From a virus: 64,000 nt of DNA. The notes under the pieces are model-generated. The model had not been told where the DNA came from, ran no database searches, and saw only the letters and a program-made list of their open reading frames with translations. The DNA lies in IMG/VR virus record IMGVR_UViG_3300044844_000928. One strand, written 5' to 3'. Positions within the stretch are counted from its first letter, which is position 1; each line of letters starts with the position of its first letter. The translations under genes and the position numbers were made by a program. Shown here in pieces: positions 30,419 to 40,443 of this stretch.

Positions 30419-32107
30419 CTAAAAATTTACATATTGCGGTTGTTCTGTGCCATCAACTAACCATCCAACAGGTAGCATAGATGATTCAATCATATCCATA
30501 TGCGCAGAATATAATTCTTTTCTTGTATCCATATTAGTCATATCTTTAAAATATTCACTTGATGTTAACCATCCAAATAATACTAAACACATCACCAAAT
30601 CATCATGAGCACCAGAATCGCCGGCAAACGAGCCATTTTTCTCGATAAAGGTAGTGAATTCACCGATAACGTCTGTATCAAAAATCAGTAATTTCTTTTC
30701 TTCCATCAAAGATTTTAAGGCTTGACATCCCTGACGTTTAACTTTTTTATCAGTGGTAACGCCTAATAAACCTTTGCTGTATCCACCGTCAACTGGCACT
30801 TGTCCCTTCGTTCCTCGTTTAACTGATATCATATTCTCGTATTCGTATTCATCATACAATATCATAGCGACTTCTTGAGATTTATTAATCTCAATCAAAA
30901 CATAGGCGTTGTTATATTCTAAAGCAACTTTGTGTATTACGTTAGGATATAACATAGGACTAATCTTATTGTTTTTATACTTAGCTACCAATTTAAACGG
31001 ATAAACGGTAATATCAATTAGAACGAACGCTGAGAAGTCCCCACCGACTCCCTCAGAGGTGTCTGCTACTAAAGCGTAAAAATGGTTTGGTGTAGGCTTT
31101 TCTAGGATGTCTAAACCTTCTGGCGTTGAGTACACAAACGGCTTAGGAGATAATGATCCTAATGTTGTTGCATCAATTAATGTGTTCGCAGAACCGAGGA
31201 AATGGCATAATACTTCTTGATTAAATTTAACTTCACCAAGAAACGCCTTTTGTTCAGCCGCCCACTTTTCATCACGTTCAGGATGTTCGTGCCATTCTGC
31301 CTTAAAGGGTAAAAATCCATTTATTCCATTTTCAGCTTCGTTCCATACTTTCCACCAATAGTTATAACCAATTGGGGTTGACGTCATCAAAATTTTAGTA
31401 TCTTTACCAGAAGAAATAACGGGGTAAGTTGACGTGAAAAACTCTTCAGCAATCGTATTAGCAATTGATGAAATCTCATCAATGTATAACATGTTAACAG
31501 ATTTACCACGAATACCAGATCCTGTTGTAGCAGAAGTGAAAATCTTAGATCCGTTTTCTAATTCAATGTCACCTTTATTCCAAGTCTTAATTCCCTGTTG
31601 AAGCCATATAGGTAAGGCTTCAAACATGAGCTGTATTCTGCTCATAACTTCACGGGCGGCGGCGCTTTTATTAGCCAAAATCGCAACCGTTTTATGGTCG
31701 TTAAATGTGACGTAATATAATATGTAAGCAGCAGATGTTGTTGTGTTATGTGATAAAATATCATTTGTGTAAAATGTGTGAGGTTCAGAATCAATAGATA
31801 AATCATACATTGATTCAGAATAATTTAAATTTTGAACACTAACAACCAGACTATTGCCCAGCTTCGTTCTAATTTTAACACCTAGAGAATCCTTAGCAAA
31901 TACTTCATTGTAGTATTCATCTATTAGAATATGATTATCCGCACATTTCAATTCTATACCGTTTACTAGTTTAACACAGTAAACGGTATATTCTATTGTT
32001 TTGTTTGATGATAAAATATCAACAAAACCATTTTCAGTTTCAACTTCCCAATCTGATACGTCAAACGATTCTATAAATTTTTTAGTTATTGTTTCAGAAA
32101 GTTTCAT
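30419..32107 (-). CDS. terminase large subunit gp17, C-terminal part fused to a 121-aa split-intein C-fragment (31745-32107)
   Basis: IntC ends MYDLS....H.FYTNDILSHN|TTT; then LANK...A.E, YIDE, STP.G, DDLVM. Confidence 0.95.
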   Translation of the reverse strand: MKLSETITKKFIESFDVSDWEVETENGFVDILSSNKTIEYTVYCVKLVNGIELKCADNHILIDEYYNEVFAKDSLGVKIRTKLGNSLVVSVQNLNYSESMYDLSIDSEPHTFYTNDILSHNTTTSAAYILYYVTFNDHKTVAILANKSAAAREVMSRIQLMFEALPIWLQQGIKTWNKGDIELENGSKIFTSATTGSGIRGKSVNMLYIDEISSIANTIAEEFFTSTYPVISSGKDTKILMTSTPIGYNYWWKVWNEAENGINGFLPFKAEWHEHPERDEKWAAEQKAFLGEVKFNQEVLCHFLGSANTLIDATTLGSLSPKPFVYSTPEGLDILEKPTPNHFYALVADTSEGVGGDFSAFVLIDITVYPFKLVAKYKNNKISPMLYPNVIHKVALEYNNAYVLIEINKSQEVAMILYDEYEYENMISVKRGTKGQVPVDGGYSKGLLGVTTDKKVKRQGCQALKSLMEEKKLLIFDTDVIGEFTTFIEKNGSFAGDSGAHDDLVMCLVLFGWLTSSEYFKDMTNMDTRKELYSAHMDMIESSMLPVGWLVDGTEQPQYVNF

Positions 32108-33168
32108 TTATTAAAGGTAATTTTAAATTTGTTATTTGCATAATTTTTATCAGATAATGTTTTAAATTTATCTAATAATAATTCCTGATTGTTTTCTGTT
32201 ATAATTTCTGTCCAACCAAATACACCATAATCTACTTTTTCTATAGTTTGTTGGTATTCAAGTTTCAATAACTGTTCTATTTGAAATGCATGTTTTATTG
32301 AATCTACCATCTCAAATAATAAAACAACATGCCCAGTTAAATGTCTTTTATTGTATCTGGCGTATATTGAATTTTTTGATGTTATTCCAATTTTATATTT
32401 GTTGTCGCACAATTTAATTATGTAAAAATTTCCTGGTTCAGTTAAATCCTTTCCCCATAACGTTTTAAAATTGATTTTCGTTGATTTTAGGCTATTGATT
32501 TTATCAATTTCTTCTTGAGACTTAGAGTTTAAGATATGCTGCCATTTGTCTTGGCGATCCTGCCAAATTTTAGTTCCTTCTTCAACTCCATACTTTTCCA
32601 TACAAATTTCTAAAGAGAATGTGGTTTGCCTTTCACGCAAAGCGTCAATTGCTTTATCTTCACTCATACCACGTTTAATGTAATATTCTACTGTGCATGG
32701 ATTATTATGATTCTCTTCTTTAGTTTGAACGGCTTGCTCTTTAAGGTTCTCTATGTATTCGTCGCCTTTATAATTAATGAAATTTTTGCTGAATGGCGAT
32801 AATTTACCGCCGTGTTGATAAGCAGGATTTTTGTCACCTGTCATAGCGTCAACAAAATTTTTACATTTAATCCCACCGTATAATTGAGTGTAATCCTTTG
32901 TTGAAATTTTATGGATTCTAATATGTGAACCAATATCAGCCGCCCGTAGACCACAAAGTTTACACTCAACATATGTATTTGGATCAGCACTTTCAGGAAA
33001 TTTTAATAATGACGATTTTAGCCTAGCATTATTTTCATAATCTTTTTTGTGCTGATGCTTACATTCAGGTGAACATAATTTACTATTAAATGAACCAAAA
33101 AATTCTGTATTACACTGCACACATGTAATTTTAACTACATTTTTTATGGAACTCTTCTGCTGTGACAA
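32104..33168 (-). mobile_element. free-standing putative homing endonuclease separating the two terminase halves
   Basis: N-terminal Cys/His zinc fingers, KYG.EEG.K.W repeat, C-terminal FYIIK...YKIGIT...R...E GIY-YIG-like domain; overlaps both flanking ORFs. Confidence 0.75.
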
Positions 33169-33484
33169 TTTGGGTTTCTCCTGTAATTTTATTCCTTACA
33201 GTATATGTAGTATCCTTTTCAACGCATTTACCCTGTTGGCGACTAAACATTCCAGCGACCTTTCTATTTGTATGAATAGCGTTGATGAATCTTTGTTGGT
33301 ATTCATACAAATCAAAATTAACAAATCCTCTATCTAACGAAACAACCTTACAGTATGTTCTTATGAAGTAGACAGGATCGTTTTTACATTTAATGTATTC
33401 TTCGAGTCGCTCTGCGGTAAACTCAATTGGTAACCCAACCTGCTTTAAATTTCGGTTGCCGTTATATCCATTGTTTATATCCAT
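33131..33484 (-). CDS. terminase large subunit gp17, N-terminal part fused to a 31-aa split-intein N-fragment (from 33226)
   Basis: YNGN.NLK...EYIKC..DPVYF...F.LY.YQ...SRQQGK|CVEKDT... Confidence 0.95.
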   Translation of the reverse strand: MDINNGYNGNRNLKQVGLPIEFTAERLEEYIKCKNDPVYFIRTYCKVVSLDRGFVNFDLYEYQQRFINAIHTNRKVAGMFSRQQGKCVEKDTTYTVRNKITGETQIVTAEEFHKKCS

Positions 33485-33521
33485 TATATCCTCAGTATTT
33501 TATTCACTGTAAATTATTTAA

Positions 33522-33695
33522 TAAAATAAAACTTTACTTTATACGTCCAAACACGTATAATAGCCTAGTCGGGCGTGAATTGAGGTTAAGCGCTTAAAAA
33601 TATCATTAAGCCTTAAAATAAAGCTTTACTTTTGAGTCATTTAAGGTATAATAGATCGTAATGAAGTTATCTTTAGTTAAATTGGAGTGTAAATT
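33522..33695 (+). promoter_or_regulatory. tandem promoters: type II element (copy 2) followed by a type I cassette
   Basis: Two TTTACT/TATAAT pairs with their conserved leaders. Confidence 0.85.
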
Positions 33696-34095
33696 ATGAA
33701 ATCAGCATACGAAGTAGCGTTAGGACTAGTTGAAGCATTAGAAAAACCAAATAGTAATTCTCAAACAATGGAGTTAACTAATAAGTATTACAAACAAACC
33801 AATCCTAATTTATGGGATCAGCCTTTTGCTGATAACGATATCCAGTTTACAAAATTGTTTGAGATTGTAGAATTAACTCAACGTGAAAAAGATATAATGT
33901 ATGTCAGTAATTTCTTTCACTCATCCTATACCACATTACATGTTAAAATATTGACATTAGGCGATAAACCTACCGAAGTAGATATTTATGAATTAAAACG
34001 CACATTTTCTGCTTTAACTAGGTTAAACTGTTTAGATGTATTATTGAACGGTAAAATTACTGAATACGAATTTTTATCTTTATTAGGTTAACACT

Positions 34096-34641
34096 ATGAA
34101 TATTTTTTATCTTGACAATGACCAGTCTGTATGTGCCAAATATCATGTTGACAAACATGTCGTCAAAATGATTCTTGAATATTCGCAGTTATTATCAACT
34201 GCGCATCGTGTTTTAGACGGCGTTGAAACTGCGGCTGTTTCAGCTTCAGGTCGTAATAAAAAAGTTTGGAAACTTAACAATTCATATGATGGTATTTTAT
34301 ACGCCGCGACTCATATAAATCACCCATCTGCTATTTGGGTTCGTCATGGGTTTGAAAATTATCAATGGCTTCATTCTTTACTTGTAGAGTTGTGTAAAGA
34401 ATATACCTATCGATATGGTAAAACTCATAAATGTGAGCGTACAGGCTTAGTTGATAAATTACAGTATGCTCCATTTAATATTTCGACTAAATTATTTACC
34501 GAGCCAACGCCGGCTATGCCAGTTGACTATATCATCAAAGGTGACTCTCTTCAGTCATATCGTAACTATTACAATGGCAGTAAAACTAAATTACACAGCT
34601 GGAAACAACGACCTGTTCCTAATTTTATTAAAATAATTTAA
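34096..34641 (+). CDS. pyrimidine-dimer DNA glycosylase-like (DenV-related) protein
   Basis: MNIFYLD....CA..H.DKHVVKMILE..QLLSTAH; TH.NHPS..W; EYT.RYGK.H; P.AMP; YR.YY. Confidence 0.8.
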   Translation: MNIFYLDNDQSVCAKYHVDKHVVKMILEYSQLLSTAHRVLDGVETAAVSASGRNKKVWKLNNSYDGILYAATHINHPSAIWVRHGFENYQWLHSLLVELCKEYTYRYGKTHKCERTGLVDKLQYAPFNISTKLFTEPTPAMPVDYIIKGDSLQSYRNYYNGSKTKLHSWKQRPVPNFIKII

Positions 34642-34724
34642 AATAAAGCTTTACTTTTAAAAAAAACATAGTATAATAGACCGTAATGAAGTTAAACCTT
34701 AATGAATTATCCGGAGTGTATATT

Positions 34725-37700
34725 ATGTCTACAAATTCTTCTATCGCTGTTATTCGTAAAGATGGTTCAGTTATTCAAATATTTTGTCATTGGGACGGTT
34801 CTATTGAACATAACGGTAAAGTGTTGTTTGAGAACTATAATAACCAAGAAAAGGCAGAAGCGCTTGTTCTTGCTGGTAATTTATTATCATTAGGCGCTAC
34901 GTTAGAAGAATGTAGACATGAGTTTGTTCATTACAATTCTTTTAAAGATTATGATTCTTATTATAAAACTTTTTTGGAAGAAGATTTTGATGATGAATTT
35001 AATTACTACTTCGATGAACATGGTATCTGGAACGTCAGAACTAAAGGCGAACGAAACTTTATGTGGTTAGAATGGGAATTAATTACTGATGAGGAACTTT
35101 AATGATTACGGCTAAAGAAGCAGGAAAAAAATCAAATAATGCTATTAAGCAACGTGAAGCGGAAATGCAACAATTGGTTGACCAATGTATCCCTACTATT
35201 GAAGCGGCTATTAATACCGCCACTGAAAATGGCTTAATTTCTTTAGATATTGAGCACTATAAATTTCCTATTGCGTTATCTTTAGATGTGATGCACGCAT
35301 TATGCGATATGTTGAGACAACACGGTTATGTCGTTTCAGTTTGTCCTGTTCAAGAAAGTATTACAATATCTTGGCACCAAGAAAATCAAATTTATACCAA
35401 ACGACTTTAAGGCTTTACTTTCAATGAAAAAAGTATTATTATTGCTATTGCTGACTGGAAACGTATTTGCAGATGATACGGTTTACCCTGAGATTCAGTA
35501 TGATATTCCAAAATCTAAATGGGAAAAAGCGCCTAAGTTTTATTCATCTGGTAAATGTAAAGATCCTATGAACCTAGTTGAAACTTGTAAATCTAAACGA
35601 TTGGTTGAAGCTGAAGTCAAACAAAAGATTTTCTTTAATACACATAAACAGTGTTCAAAATGGAAATATGTTAAACTAAATGAGAGCTGTGTCAATAAAC
35701 CATCTAATGTAGATAAGAAATGGAAAAAGACGAATCATTAATACCGGCGGGTGACTATTGTTATAAATTCACCGGCGAGAAAACACCAGATGGATTTCTG
35801 GCTATAAATGTTTGTCCTTACTGGACTTGGCATACAGATAAAGATTACGAACAAAACGGATATTGTGAGTTTCTTGATATTGGAGACTGGATGGATAATG
35901 GATATATAACTTGGTTGTTTGACCACCAGAAAATTTGCGAAATAAATGAAGATGAGTGATGATGAAATGAAGGTAATCTACAACGAAATGCTAGATATGT
36001 TTGGCACTTTACCTAACCATAAACAAGAGCCTTTACGGTTTGCGCATTACGTTAGGCTTTACCGCTATTACAAAAGCAAGGAATCAAAATGAGTGAATAT
36101 TATCCTGATAAATGGGTTATCGTTAATATTGCTACTCCAGAATATAGAATCAGAAAAGTATTAGGTTCTTGGTGCGGCGGGTTTTATAGCGGAGATAGTT
36201 ACAGATTGAGCAGTGGTATTACTGAAACTATTGACAAAGGTAGCTACTACGAAATTCATAATGAATCTGGCAGTATCTATAACTGCTATAAAGACAATTT
36301 TGGTATGAGCTTATTTACATCAGGCGTTTATGATAGTATGTTACAAAATATTCCGGATGATGTGAATATGTATGTTGAAGTGTTTCCTGGAACATAACTT
36401 TTAATAATAGGCTAAAAATGAACGAAGAATTTATTGAACGATTAAAAAAATTAGCCGCTATGGAATCGTGGGCTGATGAAATATACAGCGATTCTAGTGT
36501 AGTAGATGACTTTGCTGCAGGAAACGTTGATGACGCATTTTGGGGAGGGCATCGCTCTGGAGAAATTCAATTAGCGCGTGATGTACTGAGTGCTCTTGAC
36601 ATAGAATGGTAGGCTAAAAATGAACGAAGTGCTTCAAAAACTTGACGATGAAGCTTGTGACTACGCCACCTCAAAGGTAGACGACAATGACGAAGATTGG
36701 AGCTTTCAATGGGACAGAGACCACACGACTAAGTTTGCCGAGTTAATCATTAAAGATTGTGTTAGTGTATGGAATGCAATCGATAACGGTAATGAAATTT
36801 CCGGAACTAGATATTTCCCTGAAGCATTATTTACAAGATACGGGATTAATGTGAAAAAAGAACTCACTAATATAACATATCCATGTTTAGGTTGTTATCC
36901 TTCTGGTGCTGTTGTGTTGTTCACTTCTTTAACGAAAGGAACATTACTGCGTGGAGGTAATGACTCAACCCTAGCTATAGGTGTTACAAATTCTAATTAT
37001 ACACCAGACTGGGTTCCATTCAAGGGTAAATTTGTTATGGAAAATTAAAGCTTTACTTTTATATGTCGCCATAATATAATATATTTTTAATTATGAATAG
37101 GTGGTACAAAATGGAAATAACTCATGATGAATTTATAGAAAAATATGCTAATGTTAGAGTACATTTTGCATCTTACTACAAATACTCTTTCACATATGTG
37201 GGAATTACTGAAGACAAAATCATAGTATCTGTAGATTATGGTGGGCATGCTGATTACATTTACCGAGTAGAGGTAGGCGCTAACGATTCATTTTTATTGG
37301 GCGAAACCAGTAAAACATTCAGATGCGGTAAAGCATCAAAACATGGTGAAACGATTGATGTATTTTATTATTTCTGAAAGAATACTATGTTTAAATTATC
37401 TAGAGAATAAATTTTTATTATGAATATATATCACATGTTATTAGTTATTTTTATAACTTTAAAAGTAACAAACTATATAGACTGGTCATGGTGGTTAGTA
37501 TTTACACCAATTTACGCGGCGTTTGTAGTTGGCTTATTGCTCGAATTTGTGGAATCAAAATATCCAGAAAAATTCAATTTATGGTAAAATACACCAAATT
37601 TAGTTTGGTTTAACTGGTTTTAAAATACTATGGAGAAAAATATGACAAACAAAATAAGAATTTTTGCTAACAACAGCTTATCTGATATTGTAATCAATAA

Positions 37701-38370
37701 ACAGCATATTATATGTATGGTTATTGAAAAACAGGAATCTGAAAAGGGTAGCTATCATATGCTTGAAATTTGTTTTACTGCTGGTACGATGCGTTTTCAT
37801 AGCGACCAAAATAACAGAGATGATGAATATTTGGAAAATTCTATACTTTGGTCAATCCATAATCAATGGGCAAGTAGCGAGTAATTCATGCATAAACACT
37901 TACCATTTGAACAATGTATAGAGTTAGCCGGTGAAGAGCCGGCTGAGGTTGAGCCTATATTAAACTGGGTTTGTTCTAGAAATGGCACACTAACTTATTT
38001 TGATTCACAAAATGCGGCTGAAGTTCACGGCGGGGTTATTCAAGAAGTTGTTATTAATGAGAAGGAACTCGAAAAATATAAAGAGCTATATAAAGAATAT
38101 GCTGGAAGAGTACACGAAATTTGGTTTGAAAACTTGTATAAAGAATTTGAACAGTACGGCTTAAATGACTCTTTCTGGGATATATATCAATACATTGAAG
38201 CAGAGCATGAATACCATTTAGATTTTATCGATCCTGATGAAATTTATATTTCAATGTTAAAAATGGTAGAAGTTGTGTTAGCACCGTTTACTGATAATGT
38301 TCTTAAACAAGTGTCAACTACAAGAAACGCCTTTTATTTTAAAACGTCCTCTGGGTACACCAAACTGTAA
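34725..38370 (+). other. array of small hypothetical early genes behind a type I cassette at ~34639
   Basis: Packed co-oriented ORFs (34725, 35102, 35423, 35720, 36089, 36418, 36620, 37111, 37642, 37888). Confidence 0.7.
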
Positions 38371-38379
38371 GGAAACAAA

Positions 38380-38709
38380 ATGTCAACATTTCAAGAATTT
38401 AGAGAATTAGTATTAGAAGAAGCTTTGAACGAAGCGAAAAAAGATACGAGCATTCTTCATCACTCAACATATACTTCAGCAGTTCAACATGCTCAAGCGC
38501 AAGCTAACGCTAAAGGTTACACCATTCCAGATGACGAATGGCACGACAAAATTACTGTTGGTCCAGGTAAGCCTAAAGACGGTGAAACTACTCGTCACAG
38601 TTTAGCGCTTGAAAAAGATGGTAAACCAAGCAAAAAAGCTTTACATATTCAAGTTTATAATCGCGGTACAAATACAAATCCTTACGAATTGAATCACTAT
38701 ATCAATTAA
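38380..38709 (+). CDS. small CTS-like putative internal head protein
   Basis: MSTFQEFRELVLEEALNEA; L.IQVYNRG....YELN.Y. Confidence 0.7.
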   Translation: MSTFQEFRELVLEEALNEAKKDTSILHHSTYTSAVQHAQAQANAKGYTIPDDEWHDKITVGPGKPKDGETTRHSLALEKDGKPSKKALHIQVYNRGTNTNPYELNHYIN

Positions 38710-39008
38710 TGTTTGTGGCTGGGTGTAAAAGCCCAGCCATTTTAATCACACAAGGTAATATGACAAATAAACCACACTGGAAAGATGCTCCTGATTGGGC
38801 GAATTATTTAGGCAATGATATTTATGGTGCAACAGTAGAATGGTGGTGGTTTGAAGAAGAACCATTTAGAACAGATACGGGGTATGATGTTAAACATGGA
38901 AGATACCAAAAGGCTATTGACGCAACAGTTCCTACTTTGATACTAGAAACAAGACCTTTACTTTTCAATTGAAATCATTTATAATTGTATTTTTGATTAA
39001 GGAACATT

Positions 39009-40079
39009 ATGAGTATATTAGAAAAACTGAAAAAAAATTCAACTATTAAAGAAACCGCTATTCTTAGTGAATCCAAATTCTTCACTAAAGCAGATATGGT
39101 TCAAACTACAGTTCCAGCATTAAATATCGCTTTGAGTGGTTCATTAGACGGCGGGTTAACTCCTTCATTATTCGTTATAGCCGGTAAATCTAAACATTTT
39201 AAAACATCATTTTCGTTAGTGATGGCGAAAAGCTATCTTGACAAATACCCAGAATCAGTCTTACTTTTTTATGATTCTGAGTTTGGTTCTCCTCAAGCTT
39301 ACTTCAGTTCATTTGGTATTGATACCAGCCGTGTTCTTCATACACCTATTATGGATGTTGAAGAACTTAAATTCGATATTATGGCACAAATGAAAAATAT
39401 CGAACGAAATGATAAGGTTATTATCATCATTGATTCAATAGGTAACTTAGCTTCTAAAAAAGAAGTTGAAGATGCTATCAATGAAAAATCAGTAGCAGAT
39501 ATGTCTCGTGCTAAACAGTTAAAATCTCTTTTCCGTATGGTTACTCCATACTTGACCACTAAAGATATTCCGTTAATTGCTATCAATCATACCTACGATA
39601 CGCAAGAAATGTATAGTAAAGCGGTTGTATCAGGTGGCACTGGTATTTATTATTCTGCTTCAACAATCTGGATTATTGGTCGTCAGCAAGAAAAAGAAGG
39701 CACTGAAGTCGTAGGGTATAATTTTGTCATTAACATTGAAAAATCACGATTTGTTAAAGAAAAATCTAAGATCCCTATTACTGTTTCTTGGGATGGCGGT
39801 ATTTCTACTTGGTCTGGTTTATTAGATATTGCTTTAGAATCCGGCGCGGTTATTAAGCCTAGCAACGGCTGGTATCAAAAAGTGAATTTAGATACTGGTG
39901 AGTTAGAAGAAAAGAAATATCGTGCTAAAGAAACTAACACTAAAGAGTTTTGGTTGCCGGTATTAAAGCAGGCTAAATTTAGATCTTGGATTGAAGATAC
40001 CTATAAAATTGCTTGTGGTCAAATGATATCAGATGACAGTATAGTTGATGAATTAGAAGATATCGATACTGAAATCTAA
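39009..40079 (+). CDS. uvsX: RecA-like recombinase UvsX
   Basis: LNIALSG, AGKSKHFKT, FYDSEFG, DSIGNLASKKE, SGG.G..YSA. Confidence 0.97.
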   Translation: MSILEKLKKNSTIKETAILSESKFFTKADMVQTTVPALNIALSGSLDGGLTPSLFVIAGKSKHFKTSFSLVMAKSYLDKYPESVLLFYDSEFGSPQAYFSSFGIDTSRVLHTPIMDVEELKFDIMAQMKNIERNDKVIIIIDSIGNLASKKEVEDAINEKSVADMSRAKQLKSLFRMVTPYLTTKDIPLIAINHTYDTQEMYSKAVVSGGTGIYYSASTIWIIGRQQEKEGTEVVGYNFVINIEKSRFVKEKSKIPITVSWDGGISTWSGLLDIALESGAVIKPSNGWYQKVNLDTGELEEKKYRAKETNTKEFWLPVLKQAKFRSWIEDTYKIACGQMISDDSIVDELEDIDTEI

Positions 40080-40151
40080 AACTTTACTTTGTAAAAACAA
40101 AAGCGTATAATGTTAATTCGTTATACGCTATTTTCATTTTATGGGAACATT

Positions 40152-40433
40152 ATGATAAATTACCAAGCAATAAATTATATCGATAAAACCGGCTCTGAAG
40201 TTACCGCAATCGAGTTTGACTTTTTAACAGAAAATGAATCTATCTATTGTGTACTTACATATGATGATGTAAAATTCGTTGAGATACCAGATGAGGATGG
40301 TGGTATGTTAGAATTTAATTATGTTTTACAAGAAGGGCATATTCCTGAAGATGATTTGATGACATTTAAGAAAATGATTGGTGATATTTTGGTTGATATT
40401 ATTACCACAGGAATTGAAAACATTAAAGCTTAA
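40152..40433 (+). CDS. probable gp40 (head vertex assembly chaperone)
   Basis: Small acidic ORF between uvsX and gp41, as in T4. Confidence 0.6.
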   Translation: MINYQAINYIDKTGSEVTAIEFDFLTENESIYCVLTYDDVKFVEIPDEDGGMLEFNYVLQEGHIPEDDLMTFKKMIGDILVDIITTGIENIKA

Positions 40434-40443
40434 CAGGACTGAT

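Noticed and set aside
32104-33168. Group I intron interrupting the terminase
   Set aside because: The insert ORF overlaps both flanks, leaving no room for a ribozyme core, and intein motifs explain the junction.
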